DNA from: Geosiphon pyriformis uo1
Taxonomy: Eukaryota; Fungi; Glomeromycota
Length of the DNA: 64,000 bases
NCBI GenBank assembly: GCA_016748015.1
Contig: JAAOMT010000502.1
Coordinates: forward strand, 558,001 to 622,000
Reading direction: 5' to 3'
Shown in pieces: positions 50,398-64,000 of the stretch (within the stretch, counting starts at the first letter, position 1; every line of letters starts with the position of its first letter). The notes under the pieces were generated by a model, which had not been told where the DNA came from, ran no database searches, and was given only the letters and a program-made list of their open reading frames with translations. Both the position numbers and the translations under genes were made by a program.

Positions 50398-51172
50398 GTT
50401 TGAAATTGATTAGCTATTAATTTCAGTAGACTGTTAAAACACTTCCAGGCCTGGATCCAAAACAACTTTAACAAATCAATTCCTCATTTCTTCTTTTTCT
50501 TTTCTTTTCTTTTATTTTCTTTTCTTTTATTATCATAATCATTAGGGTAGCCTACAGACAAGATTTCTGTAGAAGAGTTGACTTTCACAGCAAAGTAACT
50601 ATACATTTTAGTGAGCTTCTAGATGAGCAATTCCTGGGAAAGAGTTGATGTTTACTACAATGTAACTACATAAAGTAACTGGCACGGAATTGGCCATTCT
50701 ACTTATAAGCCCAGCAGCTCAAATTATAGAAGATAATTTGAAGATAAATTCAGTTACTGGAGGTTCAACCACATCCAAAAAATGTGAATTCACAGCAAAC
50801 AAGCATCGACAACATTTAAGAAAAGAGACCAAAAAAAACCTCCAGTAACAATGGATAAAACAAAGCGATTATTTAACAAAAGAATACTACAACAATTAAA
50901 ACATTTTGTGGGAAAGAACAACTTATCCACACAAGTCCAAGCCATATACCAAATACACACAGCATTTCAAGATAAACCAGAAATATTGTTCAATAGAGCA
51001 ATGAATCTGGTTATCAGTAATCAATTAGAAAAAATCACCAATGCTCAATTTGAAGAATTACAGACCCAAATAACACAAGTAATTCTCGAAAACAAAATCC
51101 AAGAAATACTTCAAGAGAGAGAATTACATGAGTTAGATTTTGACAGAGCTCAATATTAAAAGGATGGAATAA

Positions 51173-52055
51173 TGTTACTCATAGAAATATAAGAAATATA
51201 TTAGCATAATTATTAGCCAATCAGAAGTAAGCATAGTAAAATGTGGAATTCCAGGATTTTTCTCAGGAATTGCAAGATTCCAGGAATTTCAGGATTCCCA
51301 ATGAGAAATTACAGGATTCCAGAATTCCAGGATTCCTCTCAAAGGAATTACAGGATTCCAAAAATTTCAGGATTCCTGTTGTAAAGAATCGAGAAATTAA
51401 GAAATTTCAATTATGTATATATAGCAGTAGTATTAGAAACAGAAAAGACAGAATTGATACCACAGAATTCTTAGCCTAAAAACGCAATCATCAAATAAAT
51501 AATTATTTTATATCTCCATCCAATTCCCAACTATCAACCCTTCATGTTGATAGTAATTGATACTTGACCACGCTGGAACAATAGCTCTTGATCACGGCTA
51601 TTGACGGAATACTAATCTGCAAATTGCCTTGGCTTATTTCTTTGTTTTCTTTATTTTCTTTTATTTTTTTTTTTTATTTTTTTTTTATTTGTTGTTATAT
51701 ACTAATTGAGAAACAATTAAGCACTGAGTTATTGACGTCAAAGATAGCCTGATAAAAGACCCAGAAATATGGATAGGATTTTATATATTATCAGATAGCT
51801 TACCAGAAGGGCACAACTGCCAGACTAAATCTGGCCACCATGTTGAGAAAAAAATTGAGAAAACTCTTGGAAAATATCTCTACTATCAACACTATTGAAT
51901 CTCTGTTCATTATACAAAGGACTCAACCAAAACCTTCAGATCCATCAAAACCTTCAGATACAGCACCTGCAGAACAGCCTTAATGAAAATAGCTTTTGAG
52001 CACCAAGATACAGGTTTGTTATTTAATTCAACAGCAGAAATAATCACCTGTAACA
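51173..52055 (+). repeat. 3' LTR of B
   Basis: Preceded by PPT aaaaggatggaataa. Confidence 0.95.
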
Positions 52056-52332
52056 GTGGTTATCAATTGTTGACAGTACGGACTATCCCTTTACCTTCAG
52101 ATACCCTTGTTACCTTTTAAAAAGAAAAGCAACTGAGATATTTTATGAGACTGATCTCGCACATTAAATCCATACTCATTCAATTTGCTCATTAAAGTTG
52201 AATCCCCTTTGATTATTTTCATCACTCTACAATTCTGTTTTTCCTTGCTATCTATTAGCTTGTTACTCCAATCCATAACATAAAAGTGGTGCTTCCTGTG
52301 AGGTTGTCAAAATCCACTTTGTTTCTTATTGT

Positions 52333-53880
52333 ATGGGTGATTATTCATACCTGCCACAACAATCAGAAGAACACTTTAAAGCACACAATAAAAATGATCT
52401 AGACTTTATTGAACTCAATTCTTTGCCCTTCTGCTTGATTTGCTTTCCCATTAAAAAACAATCCAGCAGACAATTCCAAGACTTTTGGAACTGGTTCTTG
52501 AATGAGTATTCAGCTGAAACCTACACAGCTTATACAATCTATTATTTTGACCAAGCTTATTTTGAAGACAACTTTGAAGGAAGAAACAACAGTATTAATT
52601 AGCTTTTATATTCTACAATCTTTGAACAACAGTCCCCTAATTTTGAATATCTGAATCATCAAATCCACATTTGGATTGCTGCCCATCAATCAACAGAAAC
52701 TTCTCTTGAAACAGAAGAAGAAAGCTATCAAACTGCTCCTGTTTTTTATCTCTTTTCAAGTGAATCAGAACACTTTACACAAACAGTTACACCTGAACCA
52801 ATGGCTCAAGACCCTCTGCAACAAAACATTCTGATTGCCCTCCAAGGTATACAGACTGCTTTAAGATGAAGAAACAACACCCCATTATCATTATTCAGAG
52901 GTGATGTCCAAGATTCAATTGAATGGTTAGATGACTTTGAGAGAGCTGCTACAGCCAACCAATATGATGATGAGTACAAGTTTCAAATTGTTGGTGGCTA
53001 CCTCCAAGACTCTCTTGCTACCTGGTTCTCACAAGAAACTGATGCTAATACCCATCAAAGAATTATTAGATGGATGCCAGCAAATGCCAGAGAAAACAAC
53101 ACCTCTTTCACAACCCGGTTTGAAAACAAGTTCAGAACCCCAATCTTGATATCCAAGTGGTGCATGGAATTAGAAAAAAGAACCCAAGGTCCTAGTGAAG
53201 TTGTAACTGAATATGCCAAAGCAATCAGAAAGTTAATCAAGTGAGTAGACTCTGGAAGAAACTGGACAGAAGAACAAAAGATTCATTCCTTTACAAAAAG
53301 ATTAAGAACTGACTTATCTTATGCTTTTTGGCCTCTCTTGGCTTTGAAAAACAACCCTACAATGAACATGGCTATTGAACTTGTCCAAAGGATTGAAGAT
53401 AACCAAAGGATGCATCTGGGATCCACACTTCCAGTTTTTGCTCCTGCTCCTACCATGGCCCTTGCTCCTCAAATGACTGCTACTTTTTTTGCTGCCCAAA
53501 CCCAAGACCCAAATGAACAATTAATAGATAGACTCACAGCTAACCTTGCCTGGTTATTAGAACTGTTGGCACAAGCAGTCAGAGATAACCAGCAATGACC
53601 AAGACCTAAATATGAATCTCGTTTTAACCAGTCCCAGCAACCTCCCTATCAAAGACAGCAAAATCATGGCCCACTTGTGTGCTATTGTTGTGGATTAACT
53701 GGATATTATTCAAGAGATTGTAACAATCCTCCACTGCCTCTTCTAGCTCCCAGAAACAATGACAACCAAAACAACAGACTCAACAACAATGTCCCCAATC
53801 AAAGACCCAATCATGCCAACATCAATTTCTTTGGAGAGGATCCCCTAATTGAAGCCACTGTTTATCAGCCTTTAAACTAA
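52333..53880 (+). pseudogene. gag of D
   Basis: Near-identical to C gag; ends TTTAAAC TAA. Confidence 0.9.
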
Positions 53881-56564
53881 TAGGTGCACCTCCAAAGGGT
53901 GAGAATGCAAGCCAACCAGAAGAAAACCCCTTTTATGCTTTTAACTTAACTAATGATGACCATGACATAAATGAACTAGCAATCAACACCTCAGAACCAA
54001 CCAGAAAGAAGAAGAAAGCCAAAGTTGATTTCGTTTTAGACCCCAACAAAGCCTCAACTTCTGCCACTGATAACAATGAGCCACCAAAGACTAAAGTTTT
54101 TAAGAATCCTCCAAAGTTGGAACCCCCAGAAATTGTACAAAAATCTGAACCCTATTCCGTTGTCAAAGATCTCATGAAAACCCCAGCACATATTACTTTT
54201 GGCCAGTTAATGACCCACCCACAGTTCAGAAAAGATCTTTGCAAATCCTTGATTCCAAAGAAAAAGACACCAAAAACCAACAAGCACCCTTACCAAGCTG
54301 GACTTGCTGACAATAGCAATGTCACCCTTCTGATTTGTAAAGCCCAAGTGGCTAAATACTTCATTGACTTAATTCTGGACAGTGGATCATCTGTTAGTGT
54401 TATTGCCAAACACTTCTTGGAAGCAATTAGTAGAAAGATTGATAAACCTTCCACCAGACCAATGACTAACGTACATGGTGACAAAAAGAAAAGACTGGGT
54501 ATTGCCAAAGCTGTTCCTGTTCACATCAATAGAATTAGCATTGAAACTGACATGGAAGTTTCTGAAGCCAAGGAATACACCATCATTGTTGGCAATGAAT
54601 GACTCAAGAAAGCAAAAGCTTTGCTTGATTATGAACTTTGTAAATTAACCATCAGATGTGGTAAAAAACTCATTGTGGTTAAGTGTCACTATTGGACAAC
54701 TCCCCCAGTACCCAAACAAAACCAAGAAGAAGAACAATCAAATGAATTAGATAATGAAGAGAGCAATGAAGAAGAAAAACAAGAAGAGCAAAAAGAAACT
54801 GCTGAACTCGCCTATACCACCTTTACCAGCAATGACAAACCACTGGATAATGTTAAAGCAGACAAAGAAGGAATCATTTTAAATTGCAAGCTGATCTGCT
54901 GGCCTTATTATGATATCCTTAGAAGAACCTTTGAAAGAAAACCTGGCAAAAAAGCCAAATACAGTTTTTGGTGGCATAGTCCTTGTGCCTGGTGTTGGTG
55001 CAACAAACCCTTGTATTCTCCAAGCGATGAATGCAAATCATGCCTGATCTATTACAGAAATTGGAAACCAATCAGTTTGATACCCAGAAAAGAATTGAAA
55101 GAAGTACAGAAGTTCTTTGAGAATGAACCACCTGAGATCCAATCACTGGCTGTAGAACAAAAAGAACCCTCCCCAGAAGAAAAAAAAATAGACATTGAAA
55201 ATTTGCTGGCTAGAAATAGCCCAGTTATCTCCAAAAAAGGTGATACCTCTGGACATACCCATGTGATACAACACACCATCACCACCAGAGAAACTTGACC
55301 TATCCATTTGAAATCTTATCAATCCAATCGGTGCAATAATGAGTTTATCAAGAAAGAAATAAACCAGATGAAAGAACTTGGATTCATACAAAAAACCAAG
55401 AGTGAATGGGCTTTTCCAGTTGTAGTGGTATTCAAAAAAGGTGGAACACTATGCTTCTGTGTCGATTACTGCCAATTAAATGCCATCACTGAAAAAGACA
55501 TGTATCTACTTTCCAAGATTAATGCAATGTTAGACCAATTCAAAGATGCTGTTTTCTTCTCAACCATTGACTTAACTGCTGAATTCTGGCAAGTAGAGAT
55601 GGATCCAGAAAGTAGAAAGAAAACTGTCTTTATTACCAAGTATGGCACCTATGAATTCACAGTTATGCCTTTTGGTCTTATCAACGCCCCTCCCATTTTT
55701 CAATGCTTAATGGATAAAGTATTTGAATCAGTCAAGGAAAACTTTATTCTAGTTTATTTGGACGACATAATGGTATACTCAAAAACCTGGGATGAACACC
55801 TGGAACATTTGCAAAAGGTTTTTGACCTCTTCAGAAATGCTGGTCTCAAGATTAACTTAATCAAATCTTTCTTTGGAAGACAATCCACCCAATTCCTTGG
55901 TCATCTTATCACAAAAGATGGAATCTTTCCTGATCCAGCCAAAGTTGAAAAAGTTCAAAACATCAAACAACCAATGAACATTTATGAACTATGCTTTTTT
56001 CTTGGTTTGGCCTCTTATTATTGCAAATTTGTCAAAGATTTCTCCAAAATCGCCTCTCCTTTCAATCAGCTACTTAGGAAAAATGTCAATTACCATTGGA
56101 GAATACATCAGCAAAAAGCCTTTGAAACTTTAAAAGAAAAACTGGTTACAGAACTCATCCTCAAGCAACCTGATCTAGATCAATCCTTTATTCTCCACAC
56201 TAATGCATTTGACTTTGGACTTGGTGCTGTTCTCTCCCAGAAAGATGAAGATGGCAAAAAACATGCCATAGCCTATGCCAGTAGAACTTTTTTCCCAGCA
56301 GAACAGAACTATTCAGTCACTGAACAAGAATGCTTAGCAGTAGTATAGTCTACCAGTTACTGGAGTAAGTATCTTTTTGGTGTGAAGTTTTTGGTGGTAA
56401 CAGATTACCAAGCTTTGGTTTGGCTGCACAACAAAAAGAGGCTAGAACACAAATGAATAACTCGCTGAATACTCTACTTGAATGAATTCAACTATGATAT
56501 TCAACATTGCAAAGGAGCTAATCATCAAAATGCCAATGCTCTCTCCAGACTTACCATCTAGTGA
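53871..56564 (+). pseudogene. pol (PR-RT-RNaseH) of D
   Basis: LILDSGSS, YLDD, NA(N/D)ALSR then stop. Confidence 0.9.
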
Positions 56565-56631
56565 CAGAACAACCCTCTCAAACCAAACCAACTTAATTAT
56601 TAGTAATTTCCCCTTTTTGACAAACACGATA

Positions 56632-57945
56632 ATGGACTTGGACAACTACTCTGCCTTAATAGAATTTTTGGGTAAAGGACAATACCCATTGAAATACACA
56701 CAACAACAAAGAGAACATTTGCGCAAACAATCAAATTTCTATTTGATTTGCCAGAACCAACTTTATAAAAGAAATAGAAAAGATCCTAACTGCCCCCAAA
56801 GAGTCATCAGATTTGAAAAAAAAGAAATTGTAATATACAACATGCAAACTAACCCATTAGCTAGACACTTTGGAAAAACAAAAAAAATTCAGAAAACTTT
56901 AGCTCACTATTATTGGTCTACCTTGAGAAAAGACATTGCTGAATACATCAAAACCTGTAACATCTGTTAAAGAAGAGACAAACCCAATTGCAAAGAAGAT
57001 ATCTATCCAATCTTTGTTGGTTAACTCTTTGACAGAATTGGTATAGATGTTGTTGGACCTTTAATAATAACTCCTGATGGCAACAGATACATTATCACAG
57101 CTACTGACTATCTTACAAAGTGGGTAGAAGCAAGAGCCATTCCAGACCAAACAGCAGTCTCAATAGCCAATTTTATTTATGAAGATATCATTTGTTGCCA
57201 TGGCTGCCCCAAAAAACTTTTATCTAACAGATGAAGAGCTTTTCTCAGTACACTTGTTGAAGAACTTTGCAGAAAAATGGAAATATGTCACAAACTTTTC
57301 TCTTCTTATCACCCCCAAACAAATGGCCTAGTAGAACATTTCAATAAAACACTATGTGAAACCCTAGCCAAAACCAGTGAAGAAACAAACTTATGGGACA
57401 AAGTACTGTCTTCAGCTTTGTTTGCTTATAGAACTGTAAATCATGACATAACAAGTTATGAACCCTTTTATCTACTCTATGGATGAATGGTAACCCTACC
57501 AATAGAAACTGACATTGAGACAATACCCTTTGAACAAATAACAATAGGAAATTACAAAGACATTTTGCAAAAAAGACTTGGTACCATTCTTGACTCATTA
57601 GTAGAAGCACGGATAATTTTCTTTGAAAAGATAAAACAATTCCAAGAGAAGCTTAAGAAAAAGAAAACATATAAAACACTTTCTTTAAGTGTTGGTGACT
57701 TAGTTTTAGAATACCATTCAGACAGAGACAATGTCTATGGTGATAAATTCTCTAGCCAGTAGAAAGGACTTTTTATAGTCAACAAAGTTTTGAACAATAG
57801 TTCTTATATCTTACAAGATCAATATAAAACAATCTTCAATGATTGCCCTGTTTATGGCACACAACTCAAGAAATATTACAAACGACCTGATTGGTTATCT
57901 GTTGTGGTAATATTAACCCAAATGATCAACAAAAATCAGATATAA
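56632..57945 (+). pseudogene. Stand-alone integrase ORF of D
   Basis: ATG GAC TTG start; homologous to the C integrase. Confidence 0.9.
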
Positions 57946-57986
57946 ATAAATACACTATTCCTAAAACAGAGGTATCTTCAATCGAC

Positions 57987-58642
57987 ATGAACAATTATTT
58001 TCTAGATCAAAACATTCAAAATGTTTTCTATACTCTCCATGAGTACTGGATCAAAAATTATCCAAATGCTACTCTGACTATTGAAAAACAAACCACTATA
58101 ACTGATAACAGTAGAACACATACTGTTATTAGACCAAAGAAACCACTACCAGAAGAGAAAAAATTGGTAGCAAAATGGATAAGTATTTGCTGGAAAGCAT
58201 AACAGCAGCAATACTTACACCTTCCATGACAATTGGAAAAATGATTAAGGAAATCTTGCCCATAGACAAAAACTTGTCATATGGAAGACAACTAGAACTC
58301 TATGGTTGTCTTAGTGAAATCATAGAAGAAATGAAGCTCATAAAGAAAACAACTTCAGAGATACAAGTGGAAATTTTGGGCATTATATGTTTAGATGTCC
58401 CAAGAGTTTTGACCATTGCAAAAAAAGCCAAAACTCTTATGCAAAGATTTGGTCTCTTAGATACAAAGCTTATTTCGTCTCAAGTACTATATATTCTATC
58501 CACAAAAGACTTCAACAAACTAGTTAGTTTTGAGTTAAACAAAACCCTTCAATTAGAATACTCTATAAATAGCTTGATTTTGCTGGAGCTCAATCTCTTT
58601 AGAGAGGATAATGTTATAGTTGAAACCCATAATTTTTATTAA
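57987..58642 (+). pseudogene. ORF3 of D (one frameshift near 58140)
   Basis: Homologous to C ORF3. Confidence 0.8.
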
Positions 58643-59338
58643 TTATCACATGTATTAGCTACTGATGTCATATAATTAGCCACTCTATTTTTAGATAGTG
58701 ATCATTGACTTAATTAATGACCTAATCATTGACCTGATCATTGACCTGATTAATGACCTAATTGTTGATCTGATCATTGACCTGATCATTGACCTAGTCA
58801 TTGACCTGGTTGTTGACCACTTTCAATAACTATATAAGCAATAAGTCTCTTAGCTGTAGAAAATTATCTCTTAGACAAGAATCAAATAAATAAAAATAAC
58901 AACTTTTATCTCAATCACTCTCTTATTGCTAATTTCCCTTTCCCTACCTTCAAGTATCCGAACATTTTAGGATAAAAGATTACTTGTTGGTCTTTTCCTG
59001 ATGTATATAATTGTAACATTTGAAGATTATTTGAATAAATATGACTGAAGAGCACAAGTTAATACCTGATATTGAATTCTAAGAGTGCTGACATGAGGCA
59101 TAGAATTATACCAGCAGTTATCAATTGTTGACAGTATGGACTATCCCTCTACCTTCAGATTCTCTTGTTACCTTTTGAAAAGAATAGTAACTGAGATATT
59201 TTATGAGACTAATCTCGCACATTGAATCCATACTCATTCAATTTGCTCATTGAAGTTGAATTCCCTTTGATTATTTCCATCACTTTACAATTCTGTTCTC
59301 TCTTGTTATCTGTTAGCTTGTTACTCCAACCCATAATA
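58612..59338 (+). repeat. 3' LTR of D
   Basis: Matches the split 5' LTR. Confidence 0.93.
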
Positions 59339-59424
59339 ATATTATAAAAAAACAAAAAAAACATAAAAATTAATTATTAAACATATTAATCAAATTTTAA
59401 ATTAAAAACAAAATATTATTATAT

Positions 59425-60135
59425 TGTTATAAATTGAAGTAACAAACTAATAAATAACAAAAAAAAACAGAATTGTAGAATAATAAAATTAATTAAAGAG
59501 AGAATTACAATAAGAAAGCAAATTGAATAAGTAAAAATTTAATATGCATGTTTAGTTTTATAAAAATTACAATTGTAAATCTTTTCTAGAAATCTGAAAA
59601 TAAAAAAATAGTTTGTAATTGTCAACAAAATAATATTATTGCTATTATTCTATGTCTTAACTCAATAATTCTTAAAATTAATAATAAGTATTGTTGTGCT
59701 TTTCAATTATTTTTTTATTTAATGAATTATAAAAACAAACAATTGCTTTTCAGATTAATTCTAACAATACAAATTAAGAAAAAAAAAGATAAGATATGTA
59801 AATATTAAAAAATAAAGAAAAAAAACAAGCAATATAAAAAAAAATAATTAATAAAAAGTTTTATTTTGTTACTTTAATTATGTTTTTTTATAGCTAAAAG
59901 ATTCATTGCTTATATAGCTATTATAAATGATTAATAGTTAGGTTAGCAACTAGATTAATAATTAAATTAATAATCAGATTAATAATTAAGTTAATAATTA
60001 GATTAACAATAAGGTTAACAATTAGATTATTAATCAAATTAACAATTATTATCTAAAAATAGAGTGATTAATTATATAACATTAATAATTAATACATATA
60101 ATAACTAATAAAAATTATAAATTTTGACTATAATA
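59425..60135 (-). repeat. Degenerate solo LTR of the C/D family
   Basis: Reverse complement of the C LTR including the 12-mer array (~59930-60045); flanks ATAT/TTAT. Confidence 0.8.
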
Positions 60136-60219
60136 TTATTATATTAAACAATAAAATAAAAAATTTAACCCAAATAAAATAATTTATTTTATATTAAAAA
60201 ATATTTGGAAATAGAATAT

Positions 60220-63200
60220 TATTATAGATGATTATTTAAGGTATTGATACAAATAACAAATTTGTAACTTGGTGCTCAATAGCTGCTTTAATTGGTAATA
60301 TCTGAAAATTTTAATGTCTGAAGGTTTTGGTTGAATTTTTTATATAATAGAAATTCAAGTGTTGTTTTAGTAGCTTCTTGGAATTGCAATTCTGTCCAAT
60401 TTTTGTCTTCAGCATGATAACCAGTTTATTCTGGCAGTTATGCCCTTCTGATAAGTTTATCTATAAATTTTTTTAAACTCTATACCTTTCTTTTGGGGTT
60501 TTTTACCAGACTATCTTTAATATTAATTAATCAATGCTTAATCTCTTAAATCAATTAGTAAACAATAAACAAAAAAAAATAAAAGAAATAAATAAAAATA
60601 AAGAAATAAGCCAAGGCAAAAAAAAGTTAATATCCCATTAATAGTCATGATCAAGAGCTATTGGTCCAGTATAGTTTAAGTATTAGTAACTATTAACATA
60701 AATTATTGATAGTAGAAAAATGAATTGTAATATTTAATAAGTATTTTATTAATATTTTATGTTTTTACTTCAAGTTATAAAATACTATTGTATAAAGAAA
60801 TAGGTCTGAAATTGGAATTGGAGATTCTAAACTAATAATTCTGTTTTTTTTGCTTCTAATACTACCACTATATATACATAAATTTTATTGTACAAGATTT
60901 TTTGAATTTTTTAATTCTCTAGCCAGAAATTCTAAAATTCCTGAAATCCTGTAATTTTTTGAGAGAAATTCTGGAATCCTGTAATTTTTTACATAGAATC
61001 CTATAATTCTGAAATTTTACAATTTCTTTGAGAAGAATCTTGGAATTCTACTTTTACTACATCTTCTTCTGATTGGCTAATTATGTATTAATATATAATT
61101 CTTGTCAAGATCTTCTATATTTTTTAACTCTCTATCTTTAATTAAATCTTGAACTTTTTTTTCAAGAATTACTTGGGTTATTTTGATCTGTAATTTTTTA
61201 AATTAGACATTGGTAATTTTACTCAATTGGTTAATGATAACTGTATCTATTATTAGATTAAGTAATATTGCTGATTAATCTTGAAATCCTGTGTATAATT
61301 GATATATGGCTTGTGCTTATGTGAACAGATTGTTCTTCTCCACAAATTGTTCAAGTTGTTATAGTATTGTTGTGTTGAATAATTGTTTTGTTTTATCAGT
61401 GTACAAGTTCTAAATATTCAGATTTTGTCCTAAGTAATAATAACAAAAATTTCTTGGAAATTGTTGCATCCACCAATTCCAAGTTTTTTTTGTCAATTCT
61501 TGGTATAGTACAGCTGTTTTTGGTATTTCCATTAACAATTTTACTTTTGCTATTATCTTGTCTATGGTGTTTTCTGGTTTTTTGTATATTTTGTATTGGG
61601 TTTTTTTTTTATTTTTTTTGTACTGAATGGTTTGTTGATTGATTGTAATTTCCATGTTTTGTTGTTGAATTAGTTAGAATAATTGTTGTGTGAATAAGTA
61701 GATGTCATTGGTAATTTCCATCTTTATTGTTGCTTTTGTTGTATATACTATGTCTTTATATATTATTTTGTTTGACCAATTTAACATATTTGTATTGATA
61801 ATTATGATTGGTTTTAGATTTCATGGAATCTCATCTGGTTGGACTAGTATTTGTTGTACTTCCAGTTGTAGAATATTATTGGTAGATAATAATGCTATAT
61901 TGTTATATGGTTTCAGTCAATTTTTATGTGCTGCTTTAGCTAAAATTTTGTTGTTTCATCTTAACTTATAAGCTTTATTTCTTAGAATTTTTTTTATGTA
62001 AAATGGTTTGTCTCATTTGGGGTCAAATTTTCCACTCTATTTTTTTTCTACTTTGATATAATATAAGAGTACTTTGTTTTTAATCCTGAATTCAACTGAT
62101 TTATCTGATAACTGATTATTGTGTTGTTTTTTTTTGTTTTTTTTATGACTTTTAAATGTTATTAACTGTTCTTTATTTTTTGTTTTTTAAAGTTTCTATT
62201 AAGTCATATGTTCTTCTTAGCAATGTTTCTCAAAAGTTGTCTTCTGTTATTAGTTCAGTTAGATATGTATTGACTTTTATCTCAACTGGTAATGTTGTTG
62301 TTTTACTATAAACAAGTTCAAATGATGTTGCTTGTGTGATATCTTGCTTTATTGTTTAATAAGCAAATAGTACTGATGGTATAAACAAATTCCATTTATT
62401 TTGGTTTTTTTGATTGATTTTGGCAATTGCTTTACACAATATTTTGTTGAACTATTTAATTAAACTATTTGTTTATGGATAATATAATAAGGATAATAGT
62501 TTCTTAATTTCAAATCTTTGGCTTAATTCTGTTAATGTTCTGTTTACAAAGTGAGTTTTTTGATCTGATAACAATTTTTTTGGACATCCATGTTAGCAAA
62601 TTAAATTTTGATGAACAAATTTGGCTATAGATTTTGCATCTGCTCTTTGAATTGCTTTTGCCTCTGGCCATTTTGTAAGATAGTCTATGGCTATTGCTAT
62701 ATAATAATTGCCTTTACTGGTTATTGTTAATGGTCTGACTAAGTCAATTTTAATTTTATCAAATAGTTGTCTCATTTTAATGGGTTTTGTTCCTTCTCTT
62801 TTTTGACAAGCATTACAATTTTGAATGTATTGAATAATGTCTGGATACATTAATGGCCAATAATATCTTCTTCTGGTTTTTTTCATGATTGCTTCTTTAT
62901 AAAAATGTCTTGCTGTTAGATCCGAGTAAATATTATATAGTATTGTTTCTTTTTCTGGTTCTGTAATTACTCTGAGTAGTTAATTTGAATCTTTTCTGTT
63001 TTTCCGATATAGTATATTTTGGTGAGTGATAAAATATTTTAACTGTTGTTTTATATTGTTTTATTCCTTTTAAGATAATTTCTCCTTGAACTATTGGGTA
63101 TTAATATAATATTGAAATTGTAAATATTTTTGTGTATTTATCTTTTGTTATATTTTTAAGTTAGAATGTTTTTAAATTTGTTTCATTTACAACAAACTAT

Positions 63201-64000
63201 TGCATTTCTATTTTTTTTCTTTTTATAATGTACTGTATATTTAAATAATAAAAGTTTTATTTTTTATTTGACATAGTGGTCATTTCCAAATTTTTGTTTC
63301 TGAATTAATGTCAATTTTTTGTGATTAGTATATACTTCAAACTTTTAGCTTAAATACTCTTTCTATTTGATAACTGCTTAATAGATCATTAAGTGTTCTA
63401 GTGCTGATGTTCCATGGTTTTTTTCTGCTGAATTCAAACTTTGGCTGGCATATACTATTAAATGTTTTTGTCCATCCAGTCTTTTCTAAAATAGTATGGC
63501 TTTCAATGTTTAACCAGATACATTGGTAGTAATAATAAATGGCTTACTGTAATCTGAATAGATCAGTACTGGGATTTAAATAAGTTTTCTTCTTAAAATA
63601 TTAAAAGCTTCTTGCTAAGTTTCAATCCATTTATATTTCACATTTTTGGCCTAAAGCTGATAGAATGGTTAAGCTAATTTGGAGAAGTTTTGGATAAAAT
63701 GACAATAGTATTCTGTAAATTCCAAGAATGCTTATAGTTCTGTTAAATTTGTTGGTATTAGAAAGTTCTTTATTATCTTGATTTTATCTGAATCTGTTTT
63801 GATGCCATTTTTACTTATAACATGTCCTAAGAATTTCAGTTCTGTTTTGCTAAAAAAGCATTTGGTAATATTTAACTTTAGTTCTGCTTGTCTTAGTCTT
63901 TCAAACATTTGCTGTAGATGATCATTAAATGTCTTTGAAAATACATTGGTGTTATCTAGATAAACAACTACTGATTTCTATAGTAGTTCCATATAAACAA
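60220..64000 (-). mobile_element. A/B-family Gypsy element E: 3' LTR ~60220-61100, ORF3 ~61110-61715, integrase ~61770-63141, RT/RNaseH to the window end
   Basis: Reverse-complement similarity to A/B (RRYYWPLMYPDII..CNACQ, DYLTKWPEA, MEITINQQTI). Confidence 0.88.

Larger units (their letters stand above)
41427..50850 (+). mobile_element. dUTPase-encoding Ty3/Gypsy element F, nested in ORF3 of B
   Basis: TSD ATGG; 5' LTR 41427-42420; 3' LTR partly in the gap (visible 50398-50850); PBS TGGTGCTCTC at 42423. Confidence 0.93.
41102..51159 (+). pseudogene. ORF3 of B, split by F (41102-41426 + 50855-51159)
   Basis: Homologous to ORF3 of A; junction QNLYM|DKTK. Confidence 0.8.
32607..52055 (+). mobile_element. 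dUTPase-encoding Ty3/Gypsy element B (sister of A), nested in the LTR of D
   Basis: 883-bp LTR pair; TSD GTGG; PBS 33492-33508. Confidence 0.95.
32125..59338 (+). mobile_element. Ty3/Gypsy element D (sister of C); its 5' LTR (32125-32606 + 52060-52280) is split by B
   Basis: TSD ATAT; PBS 52287-52303; 3' LTR 58612-59338 matches the rejoined halves. Confidence 0.93.
18830..60219 (+). mobile_element. Extremely AT-eroded A/B-like Gypsy copy H, host of later insertions; fragments ~18830-20833, 22197-23952, 31591-32124, 59343-59424, 60140-60219
   Basis: Residual collinear similarity to A/B: PR ~19340-19700; RT region ~23170 (IKKNSIKINPNKIVKVKNLP); IN ~31820 (LRPIKLNNYL..LELT); GPF-like ~60180. 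Confidence 0.65.

Noticed and set aside
49674-50474. 248-aa and 233-aa ORFs
   Set aside because: Artefacts of translating across the N gap.
58698-58820. CRISPR-like array
   Set aside because: Head-to-tail 12-mers without unique spacers, inside a eukaryotic LTR.

Overview
No host gene is supported. The window is an AT-rich eukaryotic heterochromatin-type block of nested transposons. The peptides resemble from memory those of Glomeromycotina fungi, e.g. Geosiphon; this is recall and is unverified. Base layer: a decayed LINE (3505-18830, APE-type) and a very old, AT-eroded Ty3/Gypsy copy 'H' (fragments from ~18830 to 60219). Inserted into them are seven Ty3/Gypsy-type LTR elements, three solo LTRs and one TIR MITE (20834-22194). 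The LTR elements are G (-, 1-3504), A (+, 4698-14918), C (+, 23953-31586), D (+, 32125-59338) containing B (+, 32607-52055) containing F (+, 41427-50850), and E (-, 60220 to beyond the window). All LTRs have TGTTA...TAACA ends, and where both flanks are visible the TSD is 4 bp. All ORFs are inactivated, mostly by C>T/G>A transitions. Comparing the copies shows an unusual shared design. (1) Integrase is not fused to Pol: RT-RNase H ends in a conserved stop and integrase has its own ATG after a 30-67 nt CA-rich spacer of variable frame. (2) Gag has a Met-free, ATG-depleted N-terminal extension started by GUG or a weak AUG, suggesting leaky scanning. (3) A soluble non-env ORF3 lies behind an internal TATA box. 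(4) U5 carries split complements of the elongator tRNA-Met anticodon/T arms plus a PBS-occluding hairpin. (5) A, B and F carry Cys-rich domains, a dUTPase and a probable pseudo-dUTPase between PR and RT, whereas C and D use a UUUAAAC -1 frameshift.
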